From: Octopus vulgaris
Lineage: Eukaryota
Length of the DNA stretch: 64,000 bases
Assembly: GCA_951406725.2 (NCBI GenBank)
Contig: OX597814.1
Location: 143,964,001-144,028,000, forward strand
Direction: 5' to 3'
Part shown: positions 51,798-64,000 of the stretch, piece by piece
How the letters are laid out: the number at the start of each line of letters is the position of its first letter
How positions within the stretch are numbered: the first letter of the stretch is position 1
Made by a program: the position numbers and the translations under genes
The notes under the pieces: generated by a model
Database searches by the model: none
Told to the model about the DNA's origin: nothing
What the model saw: only the letters and a program-made list of their open reading frames with translations

Positions 51798-53667
51798 TAC
51801 TATATATTAATGCATTTAATTGTTTTTGTTTGCTTGTTCATCAGTATATGCGCGTGTAATTGTAAATGCGATGATGTGTTGTCCGTGTTTATGGTGGTGT
51901 ACATGGGCCTCGTGTGAACGAAATTATATGTGTGTGTGTGTGTGTAAGGTCTGTGGATTCATTTATGTATACGTGCGTGTGGAAGTGTGAGTAGAGGTGT
52001 GTGTGGAACTGTGTAATAGATAATAATAATTACCTATAAAATTATATAATTTACAATAAAGATTAAGACAAACCAAAATTAGGCGCAGGCATGGCAGGTT
52101 AAGAAGCTAGGTTTTTAACCACAAGGCTTTAGGTACAGTCCGTCAGCGTGGCCTCTGCTAGAAATATCGACCAAATCTTCGAATGGCTGCATGTCGTCTT
52201 AACAACGGACTACTTAGGCAACGTGATCCTAAATAAAATGTCTGAAAAGAGAAAAATATGAGAATTTTAAGACTTAAATGTTTTCGTATTAAAAGAGTAT
52301 TTTTGTATTAACCTGAGGCTAAACAAAAATAATAATTATTCAATCATGTAAACTTATTTTGTATTATCCATATTAATTTAGAGTTTATTTTGATTATTTT
52401 ATTGTGTTAAATAAACAATGACTATCTATGCATACTGACAGCCAATTCCAAGAGACAGTAATTCATACTTTCATTCTGTATACTTTTAGAGTTTTCAGCC
52501 ATTGGATTGCGACCATACTGAAAACCGCCGTCACTATACATACATACATACATACATACATATGCACATATGATATATGGATGTATTTTATTCTTTTATA
52601 CTTTTACTTGTTTCACTCATTTGACTGCGGCTATGCTGGAGCACCACCTATAGTCGAAGAAATCGACCCCAGTACTTATAAGCCTAGTACTTATTCTATC
52701 GTCCCTTTTGCCGAACTGCTAATTTCCAGGGACGTAAACACAACAACATCAGATGTCAAGTGATAGTTGGGGGACAAATACAGACACACATATACGCACA
52801 TACATAATATATATATTCATATACGACGGGCTTCCTTCAGTTTTCGTCTACCAAATTCACTCACAGGCTGTAGTAGAAGACACTTGCCCCAGTGTCAGAC
52901 ACTGGGACTAAACCCAGCTATCCGGTACTCCTGGCCAAAAGGTACTTCACAGATACTCCAAAAGTGAACAGGGACACAGTAGCAGGAACACAGCTTCAAA
53001 TAAAAAAAATCCACCACAAATTGGTAAAAATTCAGGAAAATTTTTCACAATGTTTGGAGGCGAGATACGCCCCCAAAACAACACAAATTTTACAATTAAG
53101 TGAGACAGCGCAACTATAGGCAGACAAATGCCCCGGAATCCAGTGGGGATTTTTTGTTCAAAAAAGAAATGGACAACAAACAACAAACCCCCAATGAATC
53201 CCCCCCCCCAAAAAAAATGCCTTACCTTATAGTTCCGCCTTCACAGTTCTTCAGTTCAAGATCACTGCAAAGAAACGTCTTGACATCACAAGTACAGAAG
53301 TAAAACTAACACATGCGCGTAAATGAGCTACTTACCACGCAGCCACTCATGTACCTATATATGTGCGTCTATATATATATATATATATATACATGCATGT
53401 ATGCATGCATACACGTACATACGCGCACACACATACACACTCACACATACATATACACGCACATACACATGTATGTATGATAAATGAAGATGCATTGATT
53501 GCCTATAGTTCTATCCTTGCTACAAATTTTTCAATAGTATGGTAATAGTAGGTTCGAAACGTGAAAGACTTTTCCATTTTTCCCGAGCGTCAAACTAATA
53601 CACTTGGTTGATGTTCACACACCAGTCTTCGTCTTTTGTTTTTTTTATAAATTTCAGCTATATATAG

Positions 53668-53753
<86 letters not shown>

Positions 53754-53861
53754 ATCACGTGACCGACCAGTCCATCAGATGTAGTTACACATCGCTGGTC
53801 ACAATGCGTTTGCATTGTTTTAGCCTTCGAATGACGCCACCCCGCTGGCTAAGCGAGCAGG

Positions 53862-53967
<106 letters not shown>

Positions 53968-54109
53968 CATATATATGACTGAGGGCGTTATAAACAAATA
54001 CATTGCTAGATATAAGAGCTAAACACTCTAATTCTGCACTCAAACCACATAATTGTATACATACATGCTGACAGAGCTCGTAACCACTCGAAAAGAAGCA
54101 GTCGAGATA

Positions 54110-54162
54110 TTCCCGGACTGATCAGTCAGTTTTGGCTTTCGATGTAGCCTCTTCAGTGGGAA
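54110..54162 (-). ncRNA. Hammerhead motif (G12A mutant) in a PLE relic at ~53975-54360
   Basis: TTCCCA CTGAAGA GGCT ACATCGAA AGCC AAAA CTGA CTGA TCAG TC CGGGAA. Confidence 0.6.
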
Positions 54163-55629
54163 CGGCCCGACTCGGTAGATTCTGGACGATGATCACTCTC
54201 AGCGTATATGTCTACGCCATAGAAATTTAGGGATGATTTAGCGAATCGCTAATGTGTATAAAAGCTAGGAAAATGTTATCAACGAGCCATCATTAATCAT
54301 AACTTTGCTTCTAATCCACAAGTTATGTACTGGAGAATGTAGAAATGGATTACCTGAGTGCAACAACAACAACAACAAAGTACCCCATTCCCGGACCCTT
54401 TTAATACCAACCCGCCTGAAACAGCCCTTGTTTCTATATTACAAATTATGTTTTAAAGTGATCTAAATTAACACTTGTGTGTTCTAAACACTAGCTTGAT
54501 AATAACAAACTTATTTAAAACTAAATTCTTCGTTATTTTCAAAGTTAATTGAAACAAAGTCAGTGCATGTTGAAAAGAATATGGTGGCAAAATTGTTATC
54601 AAATGAGCTCAATCAGAATGTATTGCAATTAAAAATAGTGTATCATCACTAAATCTTAAGCACAAACAATCTTTGAAATTTACACCAAACATATCGAAAG
54701 ACTACATACTGGGAAGGCCCAAGAAGGAGACTTTTTAGTGGTATACTAGTGGATTTTAACGCTCTACGAAGTTACTAATATGTATAAATAAACATATGGA
54801 AAGTTAAATTAAAATTAAAATTTGTCATACCTTAGCATGGATAAATCTTCTAGCTGAGGTGTCCTTATTAATTCCTTCAAGACCAACCTAAGTCCAGTAT
54901 GGTAGTGACTGTTGAGCAGGCAGAGGGAAAAGGAACGTAGAAGAGGATGAACCGTGATTCTGATGAATGAAAATACTGTAGAAACCTAGCGATGATTCAG
55001 CTTGTATACTGAAAGATGTCATTCTGTTTTTCATTCTGGATTACTGGGGTCACTGCAATTGGAAAAACTACCAGTTACTTAATTTGAAAGTATATCTAAC
55101 CACTAGAGTCAAGCCATCCGTAACAAAAACTGTTTTGGAGAAAATATAGAAATTGCATTTCTTGTTGAAGACATGCAAATATATCAACACAAAAAAATAC
55201 TTGGGGAACATTTTCATTAAAACTTCCGTCGGGTGGAAATGTATCAAGCCTTGGTAACATTTCTTTCAAAACTGGTAAGAATAAGAATATAAATTAAAAA
55301 AAGGAAAACTACTTCGAAATCTAAATCTTTTTTGTACCAATATTTCCCAACCACATGATTCCAAGTTTAGTTCCACTGCGTGGCACCTTGGTCAAGTGAC
55401 TGCGACTATAGCCTCGGGCCGACTAAAGCCTTGTCAGTGGATTTGGTAGACGGAAACTGAAAAAAGTCAGTCGTACATACATATAAGTGTGTGTGTGTGT
55501 GTGTGCCTGTGTTTGTCTAGCCACCACTACTTGTCAACCGGTGTTGGTGTGTTCATGTCCCTGTAACTTTGCGCTTCTGCAAAAGAGATGGATAAAATAA
55601 GTACCACGCTATGTATGTATGTATGTATA

Positions 55630-55701
<72 letters not shown>

Positions 55702-55702
55702 G

Positions 55703-55747
<45 letters not shown>

Positions 55748-55750
<3 letters not shown>

Positions 55751-55933
55751 TAAAAACGGTAAGATAACAAAAGAAAGAAAGAGACCTCAATATTATGTAA
55801 ATAGAGGAATTTATCTGTAAAATAATATGTGACAATTATTCGGTAGCCAGATAACCGAAGAGATGGTGGTGTGGATTTCCACCTCGGCATCCGAAACTCA
55901 GAGTTTTATCTTGGCTACCGAATAATTGTCACA

Positions 55934-55937
<4 letters not shown>
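55748..55937. mobile_element. Short inverted pLTR relic enclosing a hammerhead variant
   Basis: Inverted repeat 55824-55854 / 55906-55937 around CCGAAGA GATG..CATC C GAAA CTCAGAG TT. Confidence 0.65.
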
Positions 55938-55997
<60 letters not shown>

Positions 55998-56800
55998 AGA
56001 CTGAGGTCGATTCATTCGACTAAAATTTTTTGAAGGCGATGCCCTAGCATGGCCACAGTCTAATGACTGAAACAAGTAAAAGATATATTTATTTCTATCT
56101 AAAATAATTGGTACATTTGGTAATTGGCAGTAAATGTATAAGTGGCAATTTCGTAAAGCTGCTGCTTTCTGACAAAAAAATGGAAAAAAATGATTAGCCA
56201 ACACATACTTATGAAATATAATCTATAAGCGGAACCGGAAAAATATTCAGCACTTTTCTAAAGTTTAACATGTTTATTGTTATTATTATTACGAAAATTC
56301 TAATGATAGAAGACTTGTACCTTGCTATAACGTAGTCCTTTTCTTATAAGATGAATTCAAATTATTAAAGAATAACACACACATATAGTATCTACATACA
56401 TACTTATATACGCATGTGTGTGCTTGCATGCACGTATATGTGTGTGTGCATTGTGTATATATGTGTGCATGTATGTGAATCAAAAGGAAAAAGAATATAT
56501 AAGAGAGGAAAGAGAAACAAATTTCTGAGTTTGCGTGTGAGCGTTAGTATTCGTATCTGTATACATGTTCGCTCGCCCAGTCAGGTGTCGCACCTTCCCC
56601 TCCGTTTCAATGCCGTGATCTTACAACTCTTGCCCTATCAAGTTAACATTTACCATATCAAGTGATACATTTGAGAAAACTACCTTTGACTCATTTATGT
56701 GAACTTAGATGGTGTTATATTCTTCCACAATGCTTGTATGTGTGTGTGTGTGCATGTGCGTGTTGTAGGTCTGTTTGCACGTGTGCCTTCGCCTAACCTC

Positions 56801-56901
<101 letters not shown>

Positions 56902-57114
56902 TCGTAATACAAGAGCTGAAAAGAATATTAAAATATATTTTACGTAGAGTAAACATTATCTGATATAGAACTTAATACGTTGCGTAGAATGGATGTATAT
57001 GTTTATTACATCAAATGTTCTCTGGCCGCTCCGAGTTTCGCTCCGTGCCGGGTTGATCATGAATGTGAGGCAGACGAAATATTTCGCAGGTAGGTTCACT
57101 CATACTGATATATA

Positions 57115-57159
<45 letters not shown>

Positions 57160-57182
57160 TCACACACACACACACACACACA

Positions 57183-57950
57183 AGCAGAAATACCCGGCGT
57201 TGTCCGGGTTAAAGAAAGTAATAAAATTTTAAAACGCTGTCTAGATTACGCAGGTCTCAACTGCTAGTAGCTGAAAAACGAACTTTCTACATTAATAACT
57301 CTCCAATCTATGCCAGCATGGAACATAGACGTGAAGTGGAATGTTAAAAGAAAGTTTTCAGCTCATATATGTATATTGAGTACACGTCATTCAAAAACAT
57401 GTTTTGTCTAGTCTATTTCATGCAGAAATACACAGATGCAGAAGATAGTAAACAATGAAAACAACTTTGTAACGGAAATTATGTTTCTCAATACGACGGG
57501 CTGAAAGTAAATAAAACTTTTTTAACGGAAAATAAAGAATTGTACGAGTTGAAGCAAAATTTGTCACTCAGTGAACCAAAGAGCCAGTGTCGAAGAAACC
57601 TGACAAAAAAAAAACGTCAATAGAAAAACACAAAACTGTTGCAAAAGTAAATAGGAATTTTTTAGGGAAATTTACTAAGTGAACGGATTTAAGTAAGAAT
57701 TTTTAAGTTACTTCTGTCAGTAAATCTTGAATTTACTTTCATCAGTAATTCCGTCAACAACACATAAACATTGTAAAAGTAAATAAGAAATTTGCAGGCA
57801 AATTTAACGAAGTATACTGAATGAAGTGAAATTTATGAAGTTACTTCTGTCAGTAAATTATAAAATTACTTTCATCAGTAATTGTTAACTTCTTTCTGTC
57901 AGTAATTTGTCGTTGTTGTTTGTAAATAACAATTGAAAACTTACAGAGAA
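57183..57950 (-). mobile_element. Helitron-like element (3' hairpin end at left)
   Basis: AGCAGAAATACCCGGCGTTGTCCGGGT is a typical subterminal hairpin; an internal ~130-bp tandem duplication carries AAGTTACTTCTGTCAGTAAAT at ~57705 and ~57838. The far boundary is uncertain. Confidence 0.5.
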
Positions 57951-58006
57951 AAGAATAGCGTCTGAAAAATGAAAGTGAAAACAATAGAGAGTGAGATATA
58001 GAGAAC

Positions 58007-58063
<57 letters not shown>

Positions 58064-58279
58064 AGACAGACAAATAAGATAAATGTACATAGATAAGATA
58101 TAGACAGATAGATACAGAGAGATAGAGATAGAGTGAAATAGACAGATAGAGAGATGGATAGAGAGATATAGATAGATAGATTTGTGTGTGAGTGCGATAT
58201 GTCCCGTGTTTATAAGCCATAAAACCGAAAGTAATATAGGGTCTAAGAGAGAAGGAGAGAGACAGAGAAAGAAAGATAG

Positions 58280-58362
<83 letters not shown>

Positions 58363-58425
58363 CATACAAAAGATAGAGATGAACAGATAGAGACAGATAA
58401 CGAGATATAGATAGAAGATATATTG

Positions 58426-58493
<68 letters not shown>

Positions 58494-58720
58494 GGATGGA
58501 TGGATAGACAGACAGACAGACAGACAAACAGATATATATATATAGATAGATAGATTTGTGTGTGAGTACTGAACTAAAACCGAAATTAATATCGGGTCTA
58601 GAAATTATTGTGGGACACTTTAGTTGTTTTTTTAAAGTTCGAATTAGTAATAGAAATCCTTTGAAGAAACACAAAATACGTAGTTCCCAAAAATTTGAAC
58701 GTTCCTTTATTTACGATACG

Positions 58721-58771
<51 letters not shown>

Positions 58772-59270
58772 GAAAAGTTTCTATAAGGAAGGTGAAGAAT
58801 AGAATTTTGAAGAAAGAAATATATAAGAAGTTGTAACATTCATGACAAAAACAAAAAACAAAAAAAAAAAACAACAAACAAACAATAATGCGACTGAAAT
58901 TAAGAAGTGGTTTAAATGTAAATATTCAATACATGTTGTTGTTACGTCAATGACGCTAGAAAACCGGAAGTAAATATTTTAAAGAACTTTCAAAGACGTG
59001 AATATAATATAAAAAGCAATATTACTTATTTTTAATAAAAAAATCAAATGAATAACCTACAATGTGTCCGAGGTCAAATTATTCATGCATCACAAGTATG
59101 AAAGTAATTGGTTAAGCCATTTTCACGTAGAAATCAATACACACACATCTCTATTTTACATATTAGATATATACATGCATGTATGTATATACATACACAC
59201 ACACATATACACACATATACATATATATATATATACTTATATATATATGTATATATATATGTATGTATGC

Positions 59271-59333
<63 letters not shown>

Positions 59334-59378
59334 AGCACTCACATAAATAAAGAAGAAAATAAAGATGTATTCATATAC

Positions 59379-59432
<54 letters not shown>

Positions 59433-59434
<2 letters not shown>

Positions 59435-59752
59435 TGAAGGCACGTGGCATAGTGGAAAGGGTATTCCGCTCACGATCATAAGACCATGAGTTTGATTTCC
59501 GTTGGCTCGTTGTGTCCTCCGGCAAGTCACTTTATTTGGTCCAGTCCCCTCAGTTGGCAAAAATGATTTGCACCTGTTATTCAAAGGACTGGCCTTGTCA
59601 TATTCTGCGTCACCCTGAATTTCCCTGGGAACTACATTAAGGGTACGCTTGTTCGTGGAGTGCTCAGTCATTTGCACGTTAATTTCACTTGCAGACTTTT
59701 CTGTAGATCGGATCAACTGGGACATTCGTCGTCGTAATCGACGGAGTACCAG
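59433..59752 (+). mobile_element. SINE with a family C-like head/core and a different tail
   Basis: Head GTGAAGGCACGTGGCATAGTGG..GGCAAGTCACTTTATTT; the tail is unrelated to 38236-38430 and ends in (GTTA)n. Confidence 0.7.
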
Positions 59753-59924
59753 TTAGTTAGTTTGCATGTACGTACAGCTATCAGCTTCAGTTATTAGGAG
59801 TGGTGAGAAGTTTGCTCCCCAACCACATGGTTCTGCGCTCAGTGCCACTGCGTGTCACCGTGTGGAAGTGCCTTCTACCATAACTCCTGGCCTTCTGAGC
59901 GGATATGGTAGATATATATGCATA

Positions 59925-60014
<90 letters not shown>

Positions 60015-60016
<2 letters not shown>

Positions 60017-60232
60017 TATTTCTATTCTAATTCCCTTTATACTTCCTATATCCACCCTTTCCCGAAATAACTACTTGTATTGAACTCTACTAATTCCCTC
60101 TAGTTAACTCTCCCATATCGTCTCTGATGAAGGGACATTCCAAATATTCCAGGAACAGCTGTAAGACTACCTTTCTCTTTATAAATGTCCTATGAATTCT
60201 ACACACCCTTGGTTTGTTGTCTCATTATATTT
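60015..60232 (+). mobile_element. PLE pLTR relic with hammerhead, inside a SINE B linker
   Basis: GTCT CTGATGA AGG..CC A GGAA CAGCTG TA AGAC (60120-60167); GAAA is mutated to GGAA. Confidence 0.65.
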
Positions 60233-62400
60233 AACACACACACATATATATATGTATATATGTATATATATATATATATATATGTGTGTGTACATATCTA
60301 CGTGTGCGAGTCTTATTGTGTAGGTTTGACACACCACTGCCGCTTGGCCACCGGTGCTGGTTTGTTTATGTCCCCATAAGTTAGCAGTTCGGAAAAAAGA
60401 ATGGTAGAATAAGTACCATGAGTACAAAAAATAAGTGCTACGCTCGATTTGTTCGACTAACCCTTCAAGACACTGCCCCACCAAAATCGCAGATTTGTGT
60501 AGGTTTACAACTATTCGTACTGATGTATTTGTAGAGACAACTTCATAAGCTGCGAGCTGTGACGAAACAATTGACCATCGAAATCATTTTTGACATAAAC
60601 TGTATTCAGTGGAATTCATTTTCTGTATTTAGTAAATTTTGGAAACTTCAACCAAAAAGTGTGTGTGTGTTGGGAAAGGTACGGCCGAATGTTTAAGAAG
60701 CTTTGTAACGATGAGGTCACGCTCGATCCCACTATTTGACGTAACGGGCTATTGTCGTCTGCTGTAGCCTGAGATGTAGTCAGACATGAGTGAAAATGGA
60801 CAGACGACAACTTGCAGGGTATCAGTCGAGTTGGTTACACTTGTATTTCGAAAGAACATCATGTCACGTTGATTCTACACAAGGCTTACGTTAAGGGAAC
60901 ACATATCTGCAAGGTAATCATCTTTACACTTATATGCTTAAAGTATAAGCACGTAAGGTGGCGAGATAGGAGAATCAGTAGCGCGCCGGGAAAAATGCTT
61001 AGCTACATTTCTTCCGATTTTACGTTCTGTGTTTAAATGTCGCCGGAATATTCATTGCCTTTCATACTTTCAGGGTCGATAAAATAAGTATCATTTGAGC
61101 ACTGAGATCGATGTAATTGACTTACCTCATCCCCTGAAATTGCTGGCCTGGTGCCAAAATTTGATATCAATACTATGAGCTGGTGATTAAGATTATCAAG
61201 CAAGTGAAATTCTTATCGTCGAAACTGACGGAGGATATTTCTTTTATTTTTTTCAATATAGAAAATCTGTGTAATCTGGGAAAAGAAGCAAAAATCAGCT
61301 TTGAAAAGGAATCAATGACTTCCGGATTCAAAGTATACGAAGATCCATCTGGCCTCTGTAACAATGAATACAAACAGGCGAAGTTTTGGACTTTGGACAC
61401 ACCTTATCTCAGTTCTCTCTCTACTGTATACGGTTAAAAAAAAAAACGTGCGACGATTAAAAACCTTTCTCTCAGGTAATTCAATCCTGGTTTATTTAAC
61501 ACTATTGTTACTATCTCTGCTTTAACACCTGTTGAATATGCTTGATATCTGACGATCCGCCTAACTGAAAAAACAAAAAAAAAATTGAAAATAAAAATAA
61601 CCATCAGGTGAGATCGCTTGATTTCTTACTCGCAATGATATCGACACCAGACTAGTGTTGATTACAAGATCTGTCGGAATTTTCCCTTTGAAATATTTTT
61701 ACAGCATTGATTTCTCGTCTTTGAAAACATCTGAATTTGATCCCCATTTTTATAGTTCCACTTATTTATCTGTCTTGTGTATTCACTTGATGTTGGATGA
61801 AAACGAAGAAAAACCAACGAAAACAAAGTAAAAAAAATAAACAACAACAAAAACATTGTTTCTTAGAGTAAAAAAGCGGAAATCAGTTTGATAGTTATAT
61901 ATCTATGTATCTAAGTTTTATTATCTTCTGTGGGTCACTAAACATATGCTCTTCATTGTAGTTATTTTGGTAGACATACAAAAAAATGCATAAACGAGTA
62001 TACACACAGAAATACACACATGAACATACGCTTACACATAGTCGGTAGCTTTGTACTTCCACGTGACTTCTTTTTTTTTTACATCGTCTAAAAGAAGAAA
62101 TAAAGAAGTGAATATATGTGTAGGTGTGTATTTATATATTAAGTGCTAGTAAGGACACGGTATTTCGTTTTGCAACCATAATATACTTCCAATTATATTA
62201 AAGGCTTATAAGTCAGTATTGTGTCCTACTTTTGTGTTAGCAATGAGTTGTCTTCATTTTAAAATTATCTCTACAGATTTTCAATAGAATTTAGAACCAG
62301 CACTGGAAATTACGACGTTTTGTATATAAATACGTGTATGCAAACAATGCGATCGAATATAGATTAGATATTTGTTGAATATACTAGCATTTAGTATATA

Positions 62401-62909
62401 CCGTAAATCATCGAGTATAGTCCGCCCTTGAGGGGATTTTAGGAGGCTGTACCTCTAAAATCCCTAAACCTTGTGTATAATACGCACCCCTTCTCTAACT
62501 TGAGTCGTGCATAATTAAGTCAGCAGCACCTAGTCGAACAAACACTTCCGTGTATGCATAATACAATAACGGCGATGTTCTTAACTGTTATATGGGAATG
62601 TAAATATGTTTGCAAATTGTTTTTGTAATATGTTATTCTGTGTTCTGAATACTTTTATTTTAATAGATATTGCTTACTGCAAGTTATGGATGATTCTTTT
62701 ATGACTTCATTGCTTTCATGCTTAGCTTAATGTATTTTCGCGCCTGACATCACAAAATGCGTCTGAATAAACATTGCCGGACAGCAAATATAGACTCGGA
62801 CATTGCTTAGAAAATATTTTTCGTTTTTAACCTCGTATATTGTACGCACTAGGGATTTTGACCTTTAAATTTTGGGGAAAAAATGCGGATTATACTCGAG
62901 GATTTATGG
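62401..62909. mobile_element. pogo/Tc2-like MITE
   Basis: TA-flanked TIRs CCGTAAATCATCGAGTATAGTCCGC / GCGGATTATACTCGAGGATTTATGG, with subterminal repeats. Confidence 0.8.
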
Positions 62910-63062
62910 TACGTACCAGTTGTTAGGAATATTTATATGTTTAACATGGAAATTGATCTATCCAGTTAAACATAGCCGCTATTTTAGCAGTGCATTTGTG
63001 GAAAGTTGATGGGTTGTATTCGGTGCTGAAGAAGGAGCAATAATTCCTGAAATATGCGTATA

Positions 63063-63140
63063 CAGTAATCCCTCCACTATCGCGGATGTTACGTTCCAAA
63101 AAGCCCCGCAATAGGTGAAAATCCGCGAAATAGAAACAGT
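63063..63140 (+). mobile_element. Tigger/pogo-like terminal fragment
   Basis: TA|CAGTAATCCCTCCACTATCGCGG..CCGCGAAATAG is a typical Tigger end; the other end was not found. Confidence 0.55.
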
Positions 63141-63698
63141 ACTGTACTATATATATATATATTTTTTATTTTTGTAATTTGTATATATTTATTTTATTAT
63201 AAATGCACAACAACGCCACACACTCACCTCCAGAATTTCCTTTTTCATACAATATGTGCGATTCTTTGTTTACTCATCTACGGTGTGTGCGTGTGTGTAT
63301 GTATGTGTATAGAGAGAACAGAGTGAGTGTTAGACGTCACCCATGTTAGAGAAGCTCCTGTGTAGGAATTCCGGACTTACGAAAAGTGTAATGCATGACA
63401 CTAACTTCAGGACACGGCTTTTAATCCTCCCCTTAAGAATTTTAGCCTCTAGCTCACCAAACAAATTCTTTGAATTACAATAAAAAAAAAGTTTTCAATT
63501 GTTCTCAATATTCTTGCCCACGTCCTCTTCGACACCTTATTTGTACGTGCACCAGTCAAATTATTTTGTCCTAGTATTGTTGCCAACATTTATTCGTACC
63601 CTCCCCCTTCATTTGTGTGTCCACCAATTCAATTTTTGTTCTCGCCAGATGTCTCTGTATGTGTGCGTGTGTCTGTAGGTGTTTGTGTGAGTGTGTGC

Positions 63699-63772
<74 letters not shown>

Positions 63773-64000
63773 TTGTTTATCTTTCTGTAAATTAGGGTTT
63801 CAGTAGAAAATATGACGGAAAGCTTGTGGGGGTCGATCTGACCAACTATTGGCTGAACTAAATAAAAGTACAAGGTCTTTCTATTAATTTTTTTTTGTAT
63901 AACAGTTACTCCCTCGTTGTTTAGTTTTCTCCCTTTGAAATCACATTTAATTTGGTAAAACTTTAGTTATATTCAATATATGCCACTTGTGTGAGAGAAT

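Noticed and set aside
60633-60678. 46-nt micro-exon candidate (AG..GT)
   Set aside because: The donor is weak, I recognise no product, and its phase is incompatible with the long frame at 61262.

Overview
This is AT-rich, microsatellite-saturated eukaryotic DNA. The SINE, LINE and simple-repeat landscape is what I recognise from octopus (coleoid cephalopod) genomes; the taxon is inferred, not proven. I find no intact protein-coding gene, and almost all ORF-track entries are microsatellite artefacts. Supported content: one tRNA-Thr(AGT) gene; a decayed N-terminal PCNA pseudogene fragment; many tRNA-derived SINEs from at least four families; RTE, Dong/R4 and CR1-type LINE remnants, including a stack of Dong-type insertions in a (TAA)n tract; Tc1/mariner and pogo-type DNA transposons; and two Helitron-like elements. 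The most striking signal is a dense population of Penelope-like (PLE) relics carrying minimal hammerhead ribozymes (HHR) in about 10 different sequence contexts. These include a young GIY-YIG element with 294-bp inverted pLTRs, a coding-less element with 198-bp inverted repeats, and a 354-bp retrozyme-like monomer whose hammerhead sits beside a second, covarying, unassigned RNA structure. A double-hairpin cassette with a tRNA-like core lies next to that monomer. All alignments and folds were done by eye, and most element boundaries are approximate.
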